A stretch of DNA of 64,000 nucleotides from Macrostomum lignano (lineage: Eukaryota), in contig NIVC01002218.1 of assembly GCA_002269645.1 (NCBI GenBank), positions 113,795 through 177,794 of the forward strand, given 5' to 3'. The notes beneath the pieces are model-generated. The model saw only the letters and a list, made by a program, of their open reading frames with translations, was not told the origin of the DNA and did not search any database. Numbering within the stretch: position 1 is the first letter of the stretch; each line of letters starts with the position of its first letter. A program made the position numbers and the translations under genes. Below, piece after piece: positions 24,975-36,800 of this stretch.

Positions 24975-26190
24975 TTATCCCCACAGTCCCATGCCAATAA
25001 TTCCAATTTTATCCACACAGATCTGTGTTGATAATTTCCAGCTCAGCCCCATGGTAGCCTATTGAAATAGCTGCCACAATTCAAGTCTATAGGCTATTAA
25101 TAATTCCAATTTGATCCATATCGATCCATGTCAATAAAGAAATAACTTTCAGCTTATCCCTATAGCTAAGATTGTGCATTTGTTTGTGTTTAGTTTGTAT
25201 ATTGACATTAAATGTCGCAACTAGTCTTTTAATTGTAACATATATACCAGAATGGAATTCTTGTATTTCTTAAGTCAAACGGAATTATGTGATTTTTTTA
25301 TGGCAGGCAAAATATTTTTTATTGGTCGCATTTTTTATTTTGGTACTTAGCATGTCGCAAAATAACAAAATAACAAAAGACAATAATGAAAAATGCATTC
25401 TAAGAAAATGTAGTGATTTGAATTTTTGGATTATCTTTTGCAAAATCCAATATCTCAAGCACACTTTTGCATATATTAAAAAATAGAAATTTTGTCTGAA
25501 ATTCTGCAACACATTTTTTCTGGATTTTTTGACGCAAAATTGCATTTTTTTTGCTCAATCGCATAACGCATTGTGATTTTTCTGCAAGAATTCCATCCAG
25601 GCATATATAGTATAGCTTAAAGTAATTGTTATTATAATGTTGTATGACTTTCATCAATTTCTATTGAATTGTCACAGTATAATAGTGTCATTTTAATATC
25701 TTGCCAACTCTTTATCCAAAATTGATATTATCATTATTATTAGTGTTATTATCATTATATTATTATATTTTGAATTTTGAATTTTGCAAGTCTTGTTTGC
25801 CTTAATCTTAGGGTCATTCAGTTATTCTAAGCAAAGCTAGCAACTAAGTGAATGTTTAAAATTAACCCTTTTAACAATGAAAAAGTTTTAACAAAGTTCA
25901 TTTGTCTTAACTTGATATTATTTGTTCATTTGTCTAACTTGATACTATTCAGTATTAAATAGTTTATTTGGAAGATATAAAACAGTGAAAACAAAAAGAT
26001 GGTTTTTGAACAAATTCATTTTAAGGTTCTCTATTCCAAAAAGCTGCCTTGGGGATAAGCTGAAAATTGTTGACATAGATCCGTGTAGATAAAATTGGAA
26101 TTATTGACATGGCCTATAAACTTAAATGGTGGCAGCTATTTTAATAAGCTACCATGGGGATAAGCTGAAAATTATTGACACGGAATTGAC
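24975..26190. repeat. Pair of ~140-190 bp diverged inverted repeats about 870 bp apart (foldback/TIR remnant)
   Basis: 25026-25170 aligns with the reverse complement of 26043-26190 (CCCCATGGTAGC.TATT.AAATAGCTGCCAC.ATT.AAGT.TATAGGC). Confidence 0.75.
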
Positions 26191-26397
26191 ATTGATTGCA
26201 TAATTGTAAAATACTTGAAGATTTGGCAATGCTTTGTCTTTAATTTTATACATTAAATTATTTTCTTAGGAATTTGTAATTCCAATGAATACAAAGTTGT
26301 ATAGCTTAAAAGATTTTTTTAAACACAAAGTAGTTGAGTATCAATTAGGTAAATAGACTTAGTTAGTGGTCAATTAATATAAGACACATATCCACAT

Positions 26398-28011
26398 TAG
26401 TGATAGACCAAATGTGGATTTTTGTAAGTTTTTAAAACCAAATCCAAATGTACAAAAAATTCCAAATCTGAATCCAAGATATCCAAATATGTTTTCAAAC
26501 ATAAGCAAAAAGTAAAAGGTAAATGATAGGACTAGGAGTAACTATAACACTTTCATATGAACTATGACATTACAAAATGCCTTATCATCTAATTAATGAT
26601 CTAATTAGTACTATATGAATTAATAAAATTTTACCTTTTCTAAGCTAATACTTTTTTATCAAGCATCTAGGCCTAGGAAAACCAAATTCAAAGGAAGGGA
26701 CTTAGAAATTCAATTCTATTATAAAATTTCTATAACTTCCTATATACTAAATTAACTAATTCTAATTATGGTATCCACACTTTTTAATGCCTGTGCTTTT
26801 CGGTGCCTGGCATTTAAGTGCCTCAGTTTGCTTTTTGGTACCTAGATTATAAAGTAGAATTGGACACAAAAAGATAGAAAGTGAGCTCTAATAATTAGCA
26901 ATAAGTCCTTTGCATTACTTCTTTACTTTAAAAAACAAATAAGATATTTCTATTATTCATTTTGTTAAGCTGACCTGTTGTTTTAATTTTAAAGAAAATC
27001 TTGTTTCTTCTAAATTTTGTATCCACTTAATTTCTCAAGAAAAAAACTTGATCATGTGTCTAAGGAAATCAAAACTAAAATGGATTTGTCACACTTTATA
27101 ATTTTGATCAAAACTATGCATGTAGCATAGTTAATGGATCTCATAATTTAGCTAAGTCTTCTTAATCTTAGCACATGCTAAGTGCAGCCTTATACAGGGA
27201 TCAAAGATATAGCAAATGCTTGCAATTAAGTCAAACAGATTTTTCAAAATTTAAGAAACATGTTAATTTAACAAAATAGATGTTGCTTTTCTTAGGAAGA
27301 TAAAAATGTTTTGTCAAGTATTAAATATATTTGTTATTAGATTACCTTTTTATTACAAGTATTTAGACATCATAAGCTGAGACACCAAAAAGCAAACTAG
27401 GGTACCAAAATGTTGGGCACCAAAAAGCATAGGCACCAAAAAGCATAGAAACCCTAATTACTAATACTAACTGATATTACTTTTGTGCAATTTGATAACT
27501 TTGCTATACCATAAGTCAGTGCACTTGCATTTTGAAAAAAAGTAATGAATACACTTAAACAATGATTACCTAAAATGTTTTTAAGACTTTAGGTTTAATG
27601 CCTCACAGGTCCCAAAGTTTAGTAACTTTATATTAGGTGAAAATGCAATCAAAATTGATCAAGAATTGCAATCTCTAGATTGTTATGGACATTCATTCAA
27701 ACATATAAACCTTAGAGATTTGGTAAAATTGGATTTGATATAACTTTTTTAAATATATGTTACTGCAAAAAGTGACAATTGTAAAAAAAAACAAAATAAA
27801 AAAATTTTGTTTTTTGTTTTTTATTTACTTTTATTTTAAAAGTTTTATTTATTTTATATTTGCATTCATTTTGGTTTCTTTATTCCAGTTTTTATTTATT
27901 TGGGAGTACATTTGGAAACTTTTTTTCCAAAACTAAAACATTCATATTTTTTTAAAAAGTAAGACACTTTTTAGATTCAGATTCCAAATCCAAATATTTG
28001 GATCATCACTA
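26398..28011. mobile_element. Old hAT-type non-autonomous element
   Basis: TIR TAGTGAT/ATCACTA, subterminal CCAAAT repeats at both ends, 8-bp flanks ATCCACAT / ATCCATAT (one C/T difference) consistent with a hAT TSD. Confidence 0.7.
26769..27454. mobile_element. Nested TIR element (~690 bp, ~85-bp TIRs) inside the hAT element
   Basis: 26769-26850 aligns with the reverse complement of 27370-27454 (TGCTTTT.GGTGCC repeats); TAATTA on both sides; superfamily uncertain. Confidence 0.65.
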
Positions 28012-30835
28012 ATCCATATATAGAACATAGATATATAATGCTTTTTAGATATTTTTAGATTTTTTTGTATAATTATTTTTGTATACTTTTTTATTGCTAT
28101 AAAATTTATTAGAATTTTTATTAGACAAAGGTATGTTAGACAAAGGTATAAATTGGCAAAAATTAGCCTTGAATATGAGTACTAGTGCCAACACTAACAG
28201 CAATCACAAGCATAGCCATTGATATAGTTGGGTGTCTATTAATGCTAGAGCCATATGTCAATATTGACAATGCTCAAAGTTGGTCTAGTTGGTATTAAGA
28301 TAATATTTGGCCTTTTATTTGATCATTGCTTGATCTTTTAAGCTTATCTCAACTATTTAATAAATGCCAAGGTTGGCCTTAGTGAAGCTAAGTAGCCTGA
28401 TTGCAGTCACTACTTTTTTGGGTAATAGAATAAAATTCTATGTAGATTGGCAGCTAGCCATAATATAAAAGTTGTTAAAATAAAAGGAATTATTTTTCTT
28501 AGTTACAAATAGCAATATATGATAAAAAATAAAAAGATTTGTTGTAGGGGTTACTTCTGCCCTCCAACTATCCCACTAATTGCCACCAAGCTGTTACAGG
28601 CATGTCTCCTCTTACTGAAATTATCCCACCATTATGTCACCAAGCTGTAATAGGGCTAACTTTCTACACTAATCTTTAAGTTTTCTTGTTAAGTTGGTAG
28701 CTGCCACCAAGATTATCCTATTAATAAATTATGAGTTTATCAATCTTAGAATAATCCAAGAAATGTTTCTTAGAATTGATCTGAGTACATATCTTAGTAT
28801 TTAGTCTGAGTATTTAGTCTGAGTATTTGGTCTGTGAATTATTCTTAGAACACTATTTAGCCCTTAAAGACTTTATTCCTCTGTTATTCTGGTAGCGTTT
28901 ATTCTGATTCCAGTAACGTTTACTGTACTTTCAGCCTGAGTGGTCTACTGGCTATACTAGTATATGTATTTCATGTATTTTGCAAGTCCTTGGGTGTTAC
29001 TGAGATCAGAGGGTCACAGCCTCGGGTTATTCTTACACATATCACTTCAGATCTACTTCGTATTCTCTTATGACTCAATACTCCTGCTTCTCAATAAATA
29101 GTATGTACTGTATACGCTTCAGTCTATTTCACTCTTCTGCAAATGAGTAACTCAGAAACAATCCTCAATTATATTTGCTTGGAACACTTCTTAACCTTGA
29201 TAATTGCTTAACTGTGAGAGGCAACTCGAGAGGAGGAACAAGTCTGGTTCTCTCTCAGCAAAATTCACTTCTATTTATATTATAATTTGCAACAGTTTTA
29301 AACAAAAATTAAATTGTTAAATTATTTTCAGAAAAGGGCTTATTATAACAAAATATTTTTCTTAGTTTTTCGCGCAAATTTGAATGACAGTTTCGATGAA
29401 TAAAACAGACTAATAGAACAAATAATAAAGAATAATTGCCTGCCTCAGATTAAAAAAATAATTAAACCAAGAAATTTAGAAATTTGCAATTTTTCAAGAT
29501 CATTAAAGCCTTTGATTTTTATAAATAGAGGTAAAGCAGAAGAAATAAATGAATGTTAATAGTTTCAAAGCTTTAATAAAAGGAACTTTTAAGTTCCTAT
29601 ATATGCTCTAGCAATATAGATTTTCAATGCCATACAAGTATACACCTTGTATAGTAGAGTTAATAGTGGAATTAAGATGAATGTTTTTACTTTTAATGTA
29701 AAGGGTCTAAGGAAACTCTTAAGTCTTTGGAATTAAGGACTCCAGTAAGAATTTGGATATCAAATGCATGTTATATAGTTGAGGTAGCAAGGGCTACTGG
29801 CTAAGGTTAAGATGAATGCAATATTAGCTAGCCATTCTTCTTATACAATAACTTATTAAGATTTTAGTAAATGAAGGTTAAACTATTGCTATCATTCTTT
29901 ACTTCATCACTTTGTTATAGTAAATAATAAACTGTTGCCATTGATTTAACATCATTAAAGTTATAGTAAATTTTAGTAAATTAATTAGTTATGGATATAG
30001 TATATAGATTAACTATAGAAAGATTAGATATAGGGCATATAGCTATAGATAATAGATAAAGGAAAGGTATAGCAGAGCTCTAATAGACAAATAAGTTATT
30101 TCAAATATAATAGTCTCTGGTCTATTTAAAGCCTAAAGGTGTTAAAGCTAGTAAAATTTCCAACAAATTACTTCTTAAACTATATAAACTAAGTGTGCCA
30201 ACATTCCACATTGGAAATTGTGTAGGATATAAGAAATCTCTAGTATTAATTTAAGTTGAAATATAGTTGATGTGATATTTTTATTGGCATATTATACTGC
30301 CCATGATATACCTATAAGTCATATTTCAAGAAGGGATATAGTGAATATAAGCCCATTAATTTAAAAAAAGGTCAAGATTAAGAAAATGAAAAATACAATG
30401 TATTATTTATTATCAAATATGAAATTTGTAGTACAATAAGTAGTAAAAGTTTATTTACATTAGCATGTATTTTATTAGTGAAAGTAACTTTCAACAAACA
30501 AAAAAACAAACAAATTCTTAACAATCCACAAATGTATGCCAACCTATATGCTAGCAATGTTGATCAACTTTATATATGCCAATCTATATGCCAAAGCCAC
30601 CCAAAATCTTGCAAATTTTGCATACCAATTTCAACTGGAATCTCCCAGCTGTGGCTGAGCTGCTAGCTGCACATCTGCCCATTAGCGCTAATCAATTATT
30701 ATTATTAAATACCCATGCTTGCATAAACTGATTGCTAGTCTAATAGTCAATTTGTGTATCTTTGTCTCGATCCATAGTCTCATATGATAATCAAATTTCG
30801 CACCTGCCCCCAGTTGGTCTCACCAGACGCCTCCT

Positions 30836-33800
30836 ATGGCTGCCACATCTGTGCAATCCAGTCAGCATGGCTGGCAGCAGCAGCCGCCGCCTCATGGCCC
30901 GCCAATGCCGCCACACTCGTCAGGCGGCCCTCCGCCGCAGCATCCGTCTATGCCGCCGATGCCGCCAAATTCGTCTATTGGAGCAGCTGCTCCACCGTCT
31001 GCGTTTGGCCCGTTAGTTTGCTTTTTTACTTTGCATTTCTGCACTGGTTCTAAATTCATTTATCTCTATTCACAATTCACATGACTCAGAAAATTTAGTG
31101 TTCTCTATCCCAAAATCTGAAGGCCTCTCCAAAATCTAGAGGTCTCTATCCAAAATGTAGAGGTCTATACGAAATCTAGAGGTCTATACGAAATCTAGAG
31201 GTCTCTATCCAAAATCTAGAGGTCTCTATCCAAAATCTAGAGGTTTCTATCCCAAAATCTAGAGGTCTCTATCCCAAAATCTAGAGGCCTCTCCAAAATC
31301 TAGAGGTCTCTATCCGAAATCTAGAGGTCTCTATCCAAAATCTAAAGGTCCATATTCAAATCCCAGTGTTCTCTATTCCAAATCCCAGTGCTCTCTATTC
31401 CAAACCCCAGTGTTCTCTATTCCAAATCCCAGTGTTCTCTATTCCAAACCCCAGTTTTCTTTATTCCAAATCCCAGTGTTCTCTATTCCAAATCCCAGTG
31501 TTCTCTATTCCAAATCCCAGTGTTCTCTATTCCAAATCCTAGTGTTCTCTATTCCAAATCCCAGTGCTCTCTATTCCAAACCCGTGTTCTCTATTCCAAA
31601 CCCCAGTGTTCTCCATTCCAAACACGTGTTCTCTATTCCAAACCCCAGTGTTCTCTATTCCAAACCCCAGTGTTCTCTATTCCAAACCCCAGTGTTCTTT
31701 ATTCCAAATCCCAGTGTTCTCTATTCCAAACCCGTGTTCTCTATTCCAAACCACAGTGTTCTCCATTCCAAACCCCAGTGTTCTCTATTCCAAACCCCAG
31801 TGTTCTTTATTCCAAATCCCAGTGTTCTCTATTCCAAATCCCAGTGCTCTCTATTCCAAACCCCAGTGTTCTCTATTCCAAACCCCAGTGTTCTCTATTC
31901 CAAATCCCAGTGTTCTCTCTTTCAAACTGCAGTGTTATCTATCAAATGCCAGGGAGAATTAATTGTGAATTGAATTAATTGTGTATCCTTATCAAGTTAA
32001 ATAATTAAATGAAGCGAATGCAAACAATCTTTACTAAACCAGACCGGTCGGCCACGCTAAGCCAGCTATGGGCCAGCCGCCAATGCCGCCGCAGTCGCAG
32101 CCTCAGCAACAATGGACTGGCCATCCGCCTATGTAAGCGCTCTGTGCTGTCTGTACATCTCAGCTTTGCTTTTTCAGTCTTTTATGTCGAATATCAGTAT
32201 TATCTTGACCAGAATCACAGGGTGACAGGGCCTTCTCACTTTCATATATTTATAAGTAGCCGCTAGCGGCTACTGCCATGTCATTTTTACTTAACTGTGT
32301 TACTGTAACTGATAGCGGCAGTGCAATCTCTGCATAAGCAACTCTGTGGCAATGCCACACAAACAGGTCACTCTAAATTGCAATCTTAACAATAATTAAA
32401 GCTATTTGCTAAATTTTAGAGAAGTTGGACTCAGGAGAGGGTGCGGTGCAGATAACAGGCAGCTAGTAGCCTGGCTTGGCAAGAGTGTCTTACCCTACAC
32501 ATTGCAGTGAACTGTACTGCTATAGTCGCGCAGCACTTTATTTTTGATAGTTGATGCAATTTTAATTGTAAAATTTGTTCTTTAAAATAACTTGCACTCA
32601 GGCCGCCCAACTCTGGCTGGCACGGCGGTATGCAGAATGGCCAGAACGGTCAGACGCCGCCTCCGCAGCCGCCAATGCCCGGACAGCAGCATCAGTCAAT
32701 GAGGCCGCCGATGCCGCCCCAGCAGATGATGCAACCTCCAATGCCGCCAACGTCGATGCCGCCGACGTCGATGCCGCCGACGTCGATGCCACCGACTTCG
32801 ATGCCACCGCCTCCGAATCTGCGACAGCAGCAGCAGCCGACGCCGCCGCTTCACGCACAAAATCAGCCGCCGCCAATGTACAGCGGCGGAGGCGGGGGCG
32901 GCGGCCCAGGCGGCGGAATGCCGCCGCCGCCAATGCGCGGTCCGGCGCCAGGCAACCCGCCAATGATGATGCAGCAGCAGCCAAGGCCGCAAGCGTCTGT
33001 GCCTTATCCCCCAGGACCGTATCAGCCTGGCCACGGCCAGCAGCAGCAGCCGCCGCCGCCTATGATGCCGCCCAGTTCAGTTGGTCACAGGCCGCCTGGG
33101 TATGTCAAAAAAATGTTAATTCCCTCAAAAGTGATGACTAGAAATATAACATTATGTAAGGAGTAGAGCTGCACCAAATTTCGGTTCTCTCGACTCACCC
33201 GATTTCCACTTCGAGTGCGAAAGACTTCGCATTGAAAGAGAGAAGAAAATAAGAAAAATGCCAAACTCAACAACAGGCGAGCAACATGTCGATTTCCGCG
33301 ACGTCTTTTGCTTGCGGTCTCACTGCAGTTTCTTCTGCATTCTTCTGCTACATGATCTATTCTCCTTGAGACTTGAAATGTGTCGCTAAGAAACCTTTAA
33401 TTGCCTTCACTTGCTCTCAGACCGCCAATGCCGCCGCCGCCGCCCGGCAGTCAGGCCGGACCTGGCGGCTCTCAATGGGCACCGCCGGCCGGGCCACCGC
33501 AGGGTTACGGAGGCTTTCCCGGACAGCCGCAAATGCCGCAGCAGCCGGCGCCGCCCGCCGCTAAATCGTTGGATCCGGACCAAATGCCCTCGGCTGTACA
33601 GGTAAGTAGCATTGTACAAGCTATATTGTCTACTTTTTTTACTAAAGCTTTGCTTTAAGCAGGAAATTTTTCTCAGAGAATAGTTGCTAATGAGTTTAGC
33701 CCCCCCCCCTTATGCTAGCTTTCCTTTTAGTAATCTTCAAGTTTGCTTTTGACTTTGTTTGTTTGGCACTTCGAAATTTTTAGCTACTTATACAAAAACG

Positions 33801-36800
33801 TCAAGGTTTACCTCAGTCCAAGTGCCGAATAAACAAAAATTTGGCCCCCTTGGGGGGTTGGCCGTCATATGGGCCCAGCCTGTAATGCCTTTAAACTCCT
33901 CCATTATTACCAATGCGATAACCTCTGACGCTTGCAGGTGATGGAGGAGGACCGGCGCAAGAACTCCGGCCAGTACGAGACCGGACAGCAGCTGGGCCAG
34001 CCGCCGCCGCTTGTTAGCACAGATTTTGTTGCGGTCGATCGCGGCGGCTGCTCGCCCCGCTTCATCCGATCTACTCTGTACACCGTGCCCTGCACGTCCG
34101 ACTTATTGAAATCCACTCACATACCTCTGGGCCTGGTTGTGTCTCCGATGGCCGAACTGGCGCCAGGCGAGGCGCCAATCTACCTGTCTGACCTGGGCGC
34201 CAGCGGCCCAGTTCGCTGTATCCGATGCAAGGCCTACATGAGCCCCTACATGACCTGGCTAGACGGTGGCCGACGATTTCAATGCGCCCTGTGCGGCGGC
34301 ACAACCGACACGCCCGAGACGTACTTTGCCCATCTGGACCACACTGGCCGCCGGATGGACACCTATCAGAGGCCCGAGCTGCACCTGGGCTCCTACGAGA
34401 TGCTGGCCACTGCCGAATATTGCAAAGGCGGTATCTTGCCCGGCACGCCTGGCCTAGTGTTCATGATCGATGTCGGATATCGGGCCGTGAAATCCGGTCT
34501 AACTGCGCTTGTATGCGCTCACATCCGTGATAGGGTGCGCACTTGTTTCATTTGTCTTTAGTATATGTTTAGTTGCATCACTATATGAAATGTCCAATTC
34601 CAGAATCAACATGTCCATTTCCGAAATCATAATTTCTTTTCCGGAATCAAAATGTCCAATTCCAGAATCAACATGTCCATTTCCGAAATCATAATTTCTT
34701 TTCCGGAATCAAAATGTCCATTTCCAAAAGCAAAATGTCCAACTCCAGAATCAACATGTCCATTTCCAAAATCAAAACGTCCATCGCTGGCATCAAAATG
34801 TATATCTTCGGAATCAACATGTCTATCTCCGGAATCATCATGTCCATATCCGGAATCAACATGTTCATCTCCGGAATCATCATGTCCATCTCCGGAATCA
34901 TCATATCCATCTCCGGAATCATCATGTCCATCTCCGGAATCAACATGTTCATCTCCGTAATCATCATGTCCATCTCCGGAATCATCATGTCCATCTCCGG
35001 AATCATCATGTCCATCTCCGGAATCATCATGTCCATCTCCGGAATCATCATGTCCATCTCCGGAATCATCATCATGTCCATCTCCGGAATCATCATGTCC
35101 ATCTCCGGAATCATCATGTCCATCTCCGGAATCATCATCATGTCCATCTCCGGAATCATCATGTCCATCTCCGGAATCATCATGTCCATCTCCGGAATCA
35201 TCATGTCCATCTCCGGAATCATCATGTCCATCTCCGGAATCATCATCATGTCCATCGCTGGTATCAACATGTTCATCTCCGGAATCATCATGTCCATCTC
35301 CGGAATCAACATGTCCATCGCTGGTATCAACATGTTCATCTCCGGAATCATCATGTCCATCTCCGGAATCAACATGTTCATCTCCGGAATCATCATGTCC
35401 ATCTCCGGAATCATCATGTCCATCTCCGGAATCATTATGTCCATCTCCGGAATCATCATGTCCATCTTTAAATAATTCGAATGTCTCCATTCCCTAAATC
35501 AAAAGTCGCCATTCCCTGACAAAAGTCGCCATTCCCTGACAAAAGTCCCCATTCCCTGACAAAAGTCGCCATTCCCTGAATCCCTGACTCCTGCGCAGAT
35601 CCTGGACCTTCTGCCGCGCGAAGAAGGCCAAGAAGATTCGCCCAGCGCGCTGCGCGTTGGATTCGCCACCTACGATCGAGTGATCCACTACTACAACCTG
35701 AGCCCGGGCCTGTCACAGCCCCAGATGCTGCTAGTGACCGATCTCGAAGACGTGTTTGTGCCTCTAGTTGACGGTTTCTTAGTCGATCCGAGCGAGTCCG
35801 AGTCTCAAATCGGCCAGCTGCTCGAGGCCATCCCGCAGCTATTCAAGGACACGGCCGAGACCGAGTCGATTCTTGGCCCAGTAATCGAGAGCGGTATCGA
35901 CGCGTTCAAATCGGCCCAGTGCCCGGGCAAACTGATCGTGTTCCACACCGGATTGCCGACTGCCGAGGCGCCTGGCAAGTTGAAGAATCGCGACGACAGA
36001 AAATTGCTCGGCTCGGACAAAGAAAAGACTCTGTTGAGTCCGGCTTCCGACTATTATACTCAGCTGGGACAGCGCTGTGTTGAGGCTGGGGTCGGAGTTG
36101 ATTTGTTTGTCTGCTGCGACTCCTACGTTGATTTGGCTAGCATTGGCCAGGTGCCATTTGTCACTGGCGGCTCGTTGTACAAGTACACCTACTTCCAGGT
36201 GCGTCCGCTTGCTTAAAGTTTTATCTTAACACTCATGGGGCTATTTACAATACAATGCAACCAGTGAAGGAAGGTGTTTATTAATCAAGAGTGGCCGTTT
36301 ATGAGGCTGTTTATTTAGTCCATTGGGCAATTCATCATGTCATGGAGGCTGTTTATTCAGCCAAGAAGGGTATTTATGTTTTGAAGTAGGCTGTTCATGT
36401 ATTCAATGAAACTGTTTATTAGCAAATGGACAATTTATCAAGTCATGGAGGCTGTTTATGTACTCGTAGTTAAGGCGGCTGCTTATGTAGTTATGAAGCC
36501 AATGAGGCTGCTAATGTACATGCAGTCAAGTAGGCTATTTACATGTGCAGTCAATTAGGCTATTTACATTTGCAGTCAAGTAGGCTATTTACATGTGCAG
36601 TCAGAGAGGCTATTTACATGTGCAGTCAGGGAGGCTATTTACATGTGAAGTCAGGGAGGCTATTTACATGTGCAGTCAGAGAGGCTATTTACATGTGAAG
36701 TCAGGGAGGCTATTTACATGTGCAGTCAGGGAGGCTATTTACATGTGCAGTCAGGGAGGCTATTTACATGTGCAGTCAGGGAGGCTATTTACATGTGCCG

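Noticed and set aside
28540-29350. Possible solo LTR (TGTTGTA...TATAACA)
   Set aside because: No convincing 4-6 bp TSD and the sequence is too mutated to confirm.
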